DNA of 63,947 bases, counting the filler, from Pelomyxa schiedti (lineage: Eukaryota > Protista > Evosea): NCBI GenBank assembly GCA_020536535.1. It is 5 parts of 5 records of this genome, joined end to end, with 100 filler letters (N's around TTAATTAATTAA, not from the genome) between each part and the next. Parts side by side here need not be neighbours in the genome. Positions count along the whole stretch, not along the records: positions 1 to 30,107 come from JAHLWZ010001004.1; 4 more parts are not named here. One strand, given 5' to 3'. Below the pieces are notes generated by a model, which was not told the origin of the DNA, did no database searches, and worked only from the letters and a program-made list of their open reading frames with translations. Below are positions 1 through 10,500 of this stretch, piece by piece. The translations under genes were made by a program, and so were the position numbers. Each line of letters begins with the position of its first letter. Position 1 is the first letter of the stretch.

Positions 1-1
1 G

Positions 2-148
2 TTTGAGGGGGTGGTTGAAAAAGCTGAGATGAAGTTTGAGTGCATTGTGGTTGCACTTGGTTTGCAGGGTTTTCAGGGCATCGTGTCTTATTGTGCTCAA
101 GAGAACGACAGATACTACATCAACCCCTTTGGGTACGAGAACGCTTAG
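2..148 (+). CDS. 3' end of a gene entering from the left edge (hypothetical protein)
   Basis: Open frame from nt 2 (FEGVVEKAEMKFECIVVALGLQGFQGIVSYCAQENDRYYINPFGYENA) ending at TAG 146-148. No family recognised. Confidence 0.45.
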   Translation, partial: FEGVVEKAEMKFECIVVALGLQGFQGIVSYCAQENDRYYINPFGYENA

Positions 149-416
149 CAGGGCTGCCTGACTTCCCCCTAATATTAAATCAATAAACAACACAACTGTC
201 AGTCACCACTTTGTTGATGGCATCCACGGCACCGTAAGCGATTTTTTAAAAAGGAAAAAAAAAAGAGCAGATTTCTGATAACCTCCAATCTCTGGAGGGT
301 CAGCGCTTAGCGCACTACTCAAGAGTAGGTTGGTTGTTTGAGACTGCGCAGGTACCCATTGGATATTTAAGAAGAACATTTAGAAAACATGGTCATGCCC
401 TCACTCAAAGGGGGAT

Positions 417-3400
417 TTAGGCCTTGGACTGGTTATTAGGTGTCTTGCTCCAATATCCTGTGCCATACCTGTTGCTTAAAATTAGGGGCGAAGAATTAAT
501 TTGTCAAGTACTTGTCGTTTAAAACGGGGAATCTTTCATTCAGTTCCTGGCCACAGTCTTTTCCCAGGGTACATACTACCAATCCATTGATAATCACACT
601 GTGGTCTTGTACCTTTTTTGAATACAAGTCAATGTGCGTAGAGTAATGAATACTGACCTTACTACCACCGACAAGTTCGAAGTTGTACAGTTTGGTTACG
701 AAGAGCCTAGTTGGTGTTGTGATTTCAGTTGGATGCATCCACTTGCCATTAACAAGCACCGGGTGCCCAGTGGTGAGGCCCAGTCCATTTAAAATAACCA
801 AGTTATAGTCCCTGTTGACATCCCTTGTTACAACTCGGGATACTTCCCTCGCATTCAGTGATTCTGAGAGTATAAAGTCCCCTGGAACTATCTCAGACAC
901 ATACCTGTTGGAGTCATTTGCTGCAACCAAGGACAAGAACATAGCTCACTTTGTCGTGCAGTTTGCCAAATGGACAATGCCATTTCCAAGAAAACATCCC
1001 CATCCACCAGAGGGAACGCTCTGCGGTGTTTCAATGAGAATGGATGTATCTACACTTTTTGGTGTAGGGTTCCGCCACAGTGCCTTTCTTACATATAGCT
1101 CAACATCTATCCGCATCTCAGGATGTTGAATTGATTAGGGGTCCGCACATTTATTTTTTAAATTGGGCCCTGTTTGGAGCTCAGGTGGAAGCAGTACTCG
1201 CCATATCTCATCTCCATTGCACAATGCATACAACCCCTTGCAGCACTAAAAATTACTTGGTTAAGAAACGTGGTAAAAAGACACGAAAAAGGGAAAGCTA
1301 CCATGCCTAGACGGGCAATTGATTCAGGTGGTAAAAATGAACAAATATGCGCCCAGCAGTAGGCAGAGAGTGTCAAAGTCGGAGTACTTGGGGATTGGAC
1401 TACGGGAATACTTGGGGATTGGACTACGGGAATACTTGGGGATTGGACTACGGGAATACTTGGGGACTGGACTGTTGGAATACTCAATATGAAGGCATCT
1501 CCGAGCAGGTCAGAACTGACTTGCCGTAGTAACCCACCAAAAACGATAATTTTGCCATCGTAATAAGTTGCTGCATGAAACTAAGAATATATGTAGGTAA
1601 CCAGTGAAAAAATAATTCAACCTCTCTTGCACTTGGCGCGGTCCCAGTTGGAGATAGTCTTGTCCAATTAAGGGAGTCAAAATCAAGCCTTGAAGGAGGT
1701 AATGGGACTTGAAGATAGAATATCAAACTTACTGTGATATCTCACAATTTGGATTGTCGTTGGAGGAACCAAACATCAGAAAAGAATTATCAGCAACACA
1801 GCCAACATGTCCACGTTGAGGAGTAGGGCTAGTCCCTGAGGTAGTGTGTTGCTTCCACGTCAGAGGAGAAGTTGGGCACAGCTCCCATAGGTCTGAAAGC
1901 TTCGCTCGAGCTTCAGACAAACCCCCAAATAGATAGAAAATGGCCTCTTTATTTCTCACTTAAAGTTAGCGTGAGGAAAGACTTGTATGCACTCACCTTA
2001 TTTTAAATGCCGCATGGTGACAACGAGGAGGAGGGATAAGTGAGGATTCTGCTGGGAGACTGGGTTCCCATTTTTTGGAATTTAAATTAAACTCTAATAG
2101 AGATTAAGCATGTACAAAATACAAGAAGAAATTAACTCTTTATGTCATTAAAATAAGCATCGCCAGAGCTGCCTCCAAAAATATATAGGGTATCCCAATG
2201 CCTATGAAAGATATAGTTCTTACAAACTAGATTGTGTGGATTCGCTATACTTGATAATTGATGCGCCATAACGAGGACTAGGGGCATTCGTACGGGAACC
2301 TTCTTCAGTTGGGAAGAGTTTGGTCCATTCTTGTGCCTCAAAGTTGAAGTGGAAGAGATCATTAGTCGGAATTCCTCCAATTTCACCGCCAAACAAGTAC
2401 AGATTATACATCTCCTTCACCATTGCTGGAAATTTTCCAATAGTGGGACATTGCAGTGGAGCTAACCACTTAGCAGATTTCAGGTCAAATCTCATCGTTG
2501 TCGTAAGATTTATATCCCCCGCTCCCCCAAAAATATATAGAATACCCCGGTGTTCTTCACAAACATGCCCATAACTAGATATAAAAAGAAATTAACAGAG
2601 TAAAATTTTTTTTTTTTTGAAGAACCGTAGGTGTGCTGCTGGCCTAGATTCCTGCCCAAATAACCCTTGCCAAGATGGACATTTTGCACCAGATTGAGTA
2701 CTTGCGGCCGAGTTACAATTTAAAGCTACTGTAGATTTTGGCGAATAAACTAATGACAAAAGAGATGCAAAAAACCCTGGCCAATTTTCCTATTAGATCA
2801 TTGGGAAATCTATAAACTATGAAAACCTGGTTTTGTGGGTGCTGTCACTTGGGCTGCAGTGGCGAGAGCCGCACTCGTTGAAAGTTGTGGATACATTTTT
2901 GGGAGAACCATATTTGCTGCCTCTACGAGAAGATTAAGGAAGCATTCGTGGTTCTGTCCTGTGGCATTGCTAAGTTCCACATACCCAAGTGCCCCAATAG
3001 ATTTGGCCATCTGTGATGTGATTGGTAAGTCCAAAGTGTCATAACTCAAAAAATATCAAAAAGGATACCTGAACAGCCTTTTGATAGGGAACACATCGTG
3101 CATTGGGTGTTGTGCAAGGTCCACGTTGGCCAATAAGATCAAGTTTTGTCCCTACCAAAATAACTTGGGCATACGGCGTAGCCCGGCGGTACATCTCAGA
3201 GAAGTACTATGGTGTACCAAATAAGGGCTTTCAGACTCCACTCCCTTCGGTAGTGACTCACCTCAGGCACTGTGTCCAGAGCCAGAGGATCGTCTAATGC
3301 AAACACAAGGATTCCAATGGCAGCCCCTCGATAGTACATTGGCATAAGGTTCCGGGTGCGATTCCTTCCCGCTGGATCTGAAGTGCGATTGGACAACTTA

Positions 3401-3813
3401 AAAAGAAAGGAGAGAGCAATGTCACATTACCCCACGTCTCAAACTTGATTTCACCTTTAAAAAAGTGCTAGTTAGATTAATAGCCCCAAATAAACTTGTT
3501 CAAGTTAACAATTAGAGAATACTAATACCCATTGGGCCCATAATCCTCGTGATACGGAAAGCAGCTCCAATAGTACTCTGCGGGTCCAACAAAGGCTTTC
3601 TAAAATGGAAAAAGTGCTCCAAGCTTGTCTATACAAATCCAAAAAACAAAAAAGAAAAGCTAATGTAAAAACCAATCAAGGCATTGACTTCCCATAAGTC
3701 TTTTTTTTTTTTGTGTTGTTTCATGCCTTGCCACTTTGTTCAGATCCAGCAAGAACGGCTTTGAGGGAATACTGCGTTACTGGTGGCTCAACCGACGACG
3801 TTTGATTGCTCAT
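417..3813 (-). CDS. Multi-exon protein: Ras-superfamily GTPase + Kelch repeats + F-box + C-terminal Hint (Vint/Hog-like) domain
   Basis: Spliced by hand. GTPase motifs GSEQSGKT, STIGAAF, WDPAGR, PMYYRG, VGTKLD, YVELSNATG. Kelch blades RYGHVC..LYIFGG, LYLFGG, PSPRYG..LYIFGG, PRCHHA..FYLFGG, SAREFHAA..IVFGG. The last Kelch exon runs in frame (GDAFILSIPTVQSP) into an F-box (LSAYCWAHICSFLPPESIARLGMCCKGLYALCNGDEIW). Then GGWG/CFLGNGIVHLANCTTK...LTTGHPVLVNGKW...HSVIINGLVVCTLG; stop TAA at 419-417. Confidence 0.78.
1381..1484 (-). repeat. 24-nt coding tandem repeat, about 4 copies (SIPVVQSP linker between Kelch and F-box)
   Basis: Unit GGAATACTTGGGGATTGGACTACG repeated head to tail with no spacers; in frame in the gene at 417-3813. 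Confidence 0.9.
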
Positions 3814-4073
3814 ATTTTTCAACTTAAGTGTTCGTGATGTTAGGCGAAATTCTCTTTTTGTTCTTCTCCTTTTCTCTTGGGGCTTCATTGGTTTGTTGTT
3901 GTGGGAAAGAGGTCGCGAATGGTGTGAGAACAAAGTCCTTTTTTGTGTTTAGGGTTTTCTTGGGAATTGACACAAAAGGGATGGGATTCTTGACTGCAGC
4001 AAACAGTTAGTATTTAGCACAAAAGGGATAAACAACTCCATGCATACACACCCGCAGTAGAAGCGGAAGGTTC

Positions 4074-5120
4074 TCAACTTTGATTTCCACCCAGTTGTGG
4101 TGTGGATGATGGTTGGTCCTCACGCACACGATCGGCACCACCCAGTGTCTTCTCACCCCAGTCAATTGGAACGAGGTTGAGGAGGGGAGCTTGTGGTTGT
4201 TGCGCGGTTTTGGGTGGCATGGTGCTATATATCAAATTTAGTGCACACAGAACCTGCCCGTGCTGCCAGGCACACTGCTGCTGAATGGTTTGCATCAGTT
4301 CCTTCATTTCTCTCATTTCTCCTCGCAGTTGCTGCACTTCGTTGTGAATATTGCTTACTTCTTTGTGCAGAGCCAAGTTGGCGGTCCTTGTAGTTGTTGC
4401 CGATGATTCAAGCAGTCTGTTAGAGTGATACTGGCAGAACCTACTGGTAGCACTACATGCAAGGAACCATGAATACGAGGGTGGGTTGCATGTCTCCTCA
4501 CACAGAGGCAGGAACCACACCTTAAACAACAAACGATAACAAAATTATACCTTTGTTATTGCCGCACATATCATAGTAACTAGAGTTAATTCCCTTAATA
4601 GCATACATAACATAATTCCACTAAAAACTCATATTACTTTCAAAAAAAAAAAAAACTATCTCCTCTACCTTAAATCGAGGGAAAAAAACAAACATACCAA
4701 AGTATCGGCAGATTTCTCAACAGATTGATTGTCACCAGTCGAGCTAGCAACGTGCTTTATTTTGCCCTCCTTTACACACCAACTGGGGGCCAAAGTAGAC
4801 AGCATTGCGGCCAGCTGAGGGCTGAAGTACGGCCTGATCTGGTCGATCATCTTGTCTCCGAGGCACACGACCTTGCGGCAGCCCGCCTGGTACATGAACC
4901 TCAGGCGCTGGTCCGAGTCGCCGGGGGCCGGCTGGGCCAGCGCGAATATGCGGGCCTCGCGGCGGTCGTCGTCCCACGCGAAGATGCTGCCCGTGCTCAT
5001 CTTGATGGGGCTGAGCGCCGGCTGCGACTGAGCGCGGCCCGTGCGGTCGTTGGGCTCGCATCGGATGACCCACGCGCCGTTCGGGGGCGGCGCGGGCGGC
5101 GGAGTCACAACGCTGCACAT
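4074..5120 (-). CDS. Hypothetical protein with a C-terminal coiled coil (at least 2 exons)
   Basis: ATG at 5120 opens a GC-rich first exon (ORF 4665-5120). A T-rich intron follows at about 4530-4700, then ORF 4074-4532 with heptads (EVSNIHNEVQQLRGEMREMKELMQTIQQQ). Confidence 0.55.
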
Positions 5121-5319
5121 TTTTCTTCCCTCTGGTGTTTCGCGTTACGGGAACAGTTTTTGGGTATTTTTGATCGAATCTCTCGGTACGATAAAAAAAA
5201 CACGAACGGGAAAAATGAGAGCCTTAGGTGGTCCATGATAGGGATGATGTTACATATCCAACAATTAAATATGAGTGCATGTAGCTAACCATTACGGGCA
5301 CAACACTGCAGGTGCCCAA

Positions 5320-7472
5320 TCATTTCTCGTTTTGTTGGTCTAGGGAATTCCAGGGCTTCCGTAGGAGGGGGTAGCAAAGCAGAATTACTGCATGGAGAAG
5401 AAGCCATAGTCCACCAAAGAATGTCCCAAATACCAGGTCAGTAATCTGTTTTTTGTTTGTTTGTTTGTACAATAGCCCACGGAAGAGGCTTACTTTGAGG
5501 TAGGCCATTCTGCCGTTGCTGGCAAAAGGGATGGCTATCACATGTCCAACGATAAGTCCAAATGATGTGAGCAGAGCCGCAAGGATGTAAATATCGAGAT
5601 AATTGAGCCTCTGTGATGGAGTTAATGAACTTGTTTGATAGTATTGGAATGCAACTTGTGTCCTCATCACAACACCGGTTGTAAACCTTTGGCTAAGTAA
5701 GGCTTCGAATAAATGTGAAGTTTTACTTGAAAAATACAAGAGTAGATATAAGTCCCGTTGAAAGCATAAGTCTTTTGTACACAACATCCTCATCTTGATA
5801 GCAATAAGCAGTAAACCCCAGGCTAAAAGCAAAAGGATGCAGGTATATGTAAGAAATGTGCCTCATGTGTGAAATACCCACCCAACAATCAGAAAAATGG
5901 GCAGAAGACTATTTAAGGCATAGTAACCAGCATTTCGCTGGGCAGCTGCCACAATATAAAATGTGTTATCATACAATTCTATTCGGAAAAAGCGTTTTAG
6001 CTTCCATTCATCGCAAATTTGTATCAGCTTCTCACACTGTGTCCCAGGGGCAACACGTAGGAGGCGCACCACTTCGCACTCCTCTAAGTCTGTTTTCCTG
6101 TCATCTTCAGCGTGTTCATCCCTTGATACAAGCTTCATATTTATGTGGAGTTGGTGCCGATCCAAAGGAAAACGCCGCAGCTTAAACACTTGCCGCCAAT
6201 CGCCTTGAATGTCTACAGTGTATTTCAGAAACTCCCTGTCGGTCTTCGCAGCTAAAATCTCTTCATGTATAATGGTTACACTTTCTGGCTGAGTTTTGTT
6301 TGGAAACATCAATCTGCAATTGCTGAGATGGTGAATAAGTGTGCACTAACATACGTAGGTCTCCAGACAGATCCTAGCACTAGAAGCCCCGGTTCAAACT
6401 TGAGTATGTGCCTTGGTTTGTTCCACGTCATACAGAGGTGCAATTTGGCACGAAACTGGATTACATTTCCTCATTATAGGCTATACCAGTATGCAAGTAT
6501 GGCCGCGACATCAATAAATCACTCACAACCCACAGACAGAGAGGTAGAGGACATACTTGGTTGGTTTTCTCTGAAATACTGTGAAGTTCAAAGTGAACTC
6601 TATAAAGCTCAATGTCAACCGTGTATCCTCGGGCGACCCTAATTCCAGAGAGGGTGCGAGGGATATAGAGATCTCGTGCCTTTTGCACAAGTGAAAGGGA
6701 TTCGACTATGGAAAGCTGCATTTCCATACACTCCTCAACTTGTAGCTTCTTTATGTCGTCCAGTGCCACCTGAATTACAGTTGGTAACGTAATTTGGTAG
6801 CTGCACCATCTCACTTTATTTTTTATACATAACCTATCCACACATAAGGCTAAACCATTGGCACGTAGCCATTGCTCTGATTCAGTCACCTCTAGCTCTA
6901 GAATTATGCGGAATAACTTCTCATATACTTCTTCAACTCTCTGCAGTGGAGCTCCAGGAACCGCATTCTCTTTTCTACCATCAAGTAAATTTAATGGTAC
7001 CATAGAAGAAATTACAATTCTTCCAGAATGAATTCTTGCTTTGTGGTTCTTATCATCAACTCCCTGAATGTCTTGGAAGTTTTTTTTAGTTTTTTTTTTT
7101 TTTGCAAGTCAGAAAGCGTGCCGCCCATAAGTTTTACACCACGAATAACAAAAAAAACCGCGGCAGCACTCCACGCCACGCACTTACGACTTTGTTGCAC
7201 CACTCCTCATTCATCACACCCATTCCCATTATTTCCCCGTGCGTAGCAATGACCGCGTCCAGTGCCATGACGGGCTCCGCCACTTTCACCGCCTCGTGGT
7301 GCCCCCCTCTCTCCGGCTCCTTATCCTTCTCGTGCTCATGACGGTGCCTGTGCTCGTGCCCGTGGCCGTGGCCGTGCTCGTGCTCGTGCCCGTGCCCCCG
7401 AGGATGCTGCACAGGACTACGTGCGGCTGCCACGCTGCTGTGGTGGAGCTGTTTGGTTCCACCAGTGGACAT
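5320..7472 (-). CDS. Cys-less (Pro-loop) pentameric ligand-gated ion channel family protein with a long His-rich N-terminal extension
   Basis: Spliced extracellular-domain motifs FRAKLHLCMTWN, VWRP.LMFPN, LRRFPLDRHQLHI and pre-M1 RNAGYYALNSLLPIFLI. M2-M3 region VAFQYYQTSSLTPSQRLNYLDIY, followed by further hydrophobic helices. N-terminal exons join in frame (WCNKV/TFRELM..EEL/KENAVP). Confidence 0.8.
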
Positions 7473-7558
7473 TGTTTTAACGAAGAAAGTCGAATTCGAC
7501 GAAGCGATTTAGTGAGACTTCCACTGGCTATAAACACATTCATAAAATATCAGGTACA

Positions 7559-10500
7559 TCACAGGTACCAGAAGCCCAAAACAGAGGGGTCGGTGGCGTC
7601 CGCCCACGTGGCGGCTATCAGGGTGTTTTTGTGAGAAGGAGTGCACGTGCTCGCAACCGCTCTCAGTGTGAGTATTCTGTTGGCGATGGTTTTTGTAGCG
7701 GGGGTGGGTTCATTGGTAAGCGGCATTCTACAGAGGTTGTTGTGTGATTGGGCATCCCAAAGGAGGACAACTCCATCACAGGATGCTGATAACGTGATGT
7801 GGTGGTGGTTGCGGGATGTGTCTGGTGGTGGGCAACAGGTGGTGGAAATGCACCATATTGGGGATTCGTGGTGCAAGTGACTCTGGATTGGCGGCCCTGC
7901 TGTGAAGTGTATCATCTTGTCATCGGCTGAAATATCCCATGCGGCAAGCTTGCCGGAAGACGTTCCTGCCCAGATTGTTGCTTGAGGAAGTGAAGGGGCA
8001 GTGTTTATTTCGCATATGGCTATAGAGCTCAACGAAAGCGTCGTGAAGTCCAGTGACGGGTGCATAATGATGTGAAGTGGAGCTCTTGAGGGTGCATCGA
8101 ATACAACCAAGGGCCCCCGATGACAGCACACAAATACCAGAGTGTGGCGAGGACTTGTTATAGAGAGTGACTGCATTGCCACAACCATACCATCAGGTTG
8201 TATGGAGCATGCAGATGTTGTTGCACCATCACGAAACAGCTTGGAGACGTTGAAATTGTCAAAGGGAATGAGTCCCGTACTTGAAAGTGTCCACACAGTG
8301 ATGTCACCGGTCTCATGGCCTCCCCATAGATGACAGTTGTCACTTTCCTGGCAGACACATATGAGACTAGTAATTCCTGAATTTGTGGTGCATGATAAAG
8401 TTTCAATTGGTGCATCCAGTGAAGACCATATTTTCATATCCCCAGAAGAGGTGGCAGTAATAGCACACTGCGAGACACCATGTTGGATTGGATGGTGAAT
8501 ACAGTGGCTTCCATCTTTAAAGTCTTCAATCCATAGCATCGCGGTTATCTGGCTGTGATGCGGCCTCCATTTTACAACATGTTGGCACTCAAATGAGCCC
8601 TCTCTTGACTGTTCGAACTTAAGAATGGAGATAGTTCCATCCTGATATCCACACCAAAGCCAAGTGCCAACCCACAATAACTTCCGAATATGCGCGTTCT
8701 GGTTCAGGTCTGGAGAAGTTTCGGGCTTATTGTGAGAGCAGATGCAGGGAGGGCAAATGAGTGCAACAAGCGGGTCAAGGTCCCAGGGACTGCACTGAGT
8801 TAATGGGGGAAAAAACTTTAGAACGGGCTCACTTGTTCAACCAATAAGCAATTTGACCGCATGACGGCCTTATTGACGGTATCAATTCCCAACACCAAGA
8901 AAGCATTTTGTATAGCCATTTCCATCTTCCATCTAAAAATGTTAAATTAAGTTCCACTGTGGTTACCAACCTTCTAGAAGGTAGTGAGGGGGAAGTGGAC
9001 TAATCTTCTTAGCAACTAGCTGATTCTTAACCTCTATATCGTTAAGGACTCTTATCCTCTTCCCGTTGCTTTCAACAACTTGACAAAACTGCGGTTGATG
9101 TTTAAGATGACTGAATGGTGACGAAAACATATCCAACATCCTGGTTGTAATCATACCTATATTACATTAGAAAGGGCCCTACAAGCACATTAAAGTCACC
9201 GAAACACCAGATGTCAGATTGTGGTGTATATTTGCCGCCTCCCAACACTTCAGGCGGGAGGTACAGAACTTCTGAAGAGGCGACTCCAATATTTCGCGGT
9301 GATACCAAGTCTGTGATTCCGAAATCGGCAATCTTTTCAAGTGAGATGAAATTGCAGGAAAAGAGAGATGCCTTGGCCCAAGGTCCGGTTCCATTTGGGT
9401 CAAGTGAGCAAATCATAATATTCCCTGCTAGAGGTGAACCTTACAGAGCAGAAAGAAAAATGAACCTGCATTTAAATCGCCGTGTGCCATAGGTGGGTTT
9501 TGATTATGAAGATGGTGAACACCACTGAGGATGTCGAACAGTATTTTTTCAATCAACGATAGAGGGAAATATTTATAGGCGTATTTATACTTGGCATTCA
9601 GGTTTTTTATATCTGAGACTTCGTGCTTTGAATGTGATGCCATGGTACGCACATATAAGTCAGCAGCATTGCCCAAATAACAAAGAATACTATGTAGATC
9701 TGGTCGAGATGCTAGTTTTCCCATTGAAGCTAGCTCAGTGTGTGGATTGAGTGGAATGACCAATTCAGAAGCAACGCTCAGCGTGGTGGTGATGCACGCC
9801 CCAAATATTTGCACCAGATTCGAGTGAATAGGGATTGAGTGTGCACAAGCTATTTTATAAATGAATGCAAGTGAGTCTCCCCCACTACTCTCACATGAAA
9901 ATCTTTCTATGGCCACAGATGTCTCCCTCAAAATTCCGGTATAAATCTCCCGGCTTCTGTTCGAGGTAATAATCTCCCCAACTTCTAGCTCACTGTGATG
10001 GATAATAGGTACTTGGTTCAAGGTCAAATCAGGAGCCACAATGGATAGGAACGCACCGGCCTCCATATGAGAACTCATGCATGCTTTACATTTCAAGACT
10101 CTCACCCTATTTCTTATAGCCAGTTCAATTTCTTTTTTTGTGAACCACATCACTTCAACACTGTCCTCACTTGAGTGAGAGGCATTGCAATCTTGACATA
10201 ACTGGAAATGGGAATATCCAATACAGCTTTGACAAGCAAATTGCTCGTTTAGGGTTTCATAGAGCCGTTTGTAATGGCACTTTGTTTCTGACATAATAGA
10301 TTCCACTAGGCTTATGAAAATACTTGCCCCAAGTCTCTCAAATAATGCTTTCTGATTTTCGGTTGTTCTTCGGCACTGTGGTACTGTTGTGGCTGCATTA
10401 CTGCAAACGTGCACATAAATCCATACAGAAATACTAGTAACTTCTTCAGTGATAAAAGAGGTCACTCTACACAATGTCAGAGGTTGGACAACTGATACAA

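Noticed and set aside
496-996. Hint domain as a true intein or mobile element
   Set aside because: It has no terminal His-Asn followed by Cys/Ser/Thr, no endonuclease and only a short C-terminal tail. It also contains spliceosomal introns. This fits a Hog/Vint-type cleavage domain.
1381-1484. 24-nt repeat array as a possible CRISPR
   Set aside because: There are no spacers, the unit is a multiple of 3 and in frame in a coding exon, no cas genes are present, and the context is eukaryotic.
4725-5288. Long plus-strand ORFs (4725-5288, 4744-5118) and similar antisense ORFs, e.g. 19931-20536, 48269-48787, 58900-59517, 61129-61701, 63310-63933
   Set aside because: They are shadows of GC-rich or low-complexity exons on the opposite strand, with no motifs of their own.
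7320-7400. His/Gly/Glu codon repeats, plus SESESE (about 20080-20120), SGTPEPT x2 (about 36780-36825) and QEQEQE (about 61660-61690)
   Set aside because: These are ordinary coding low-complexity repeats, not independent elements.
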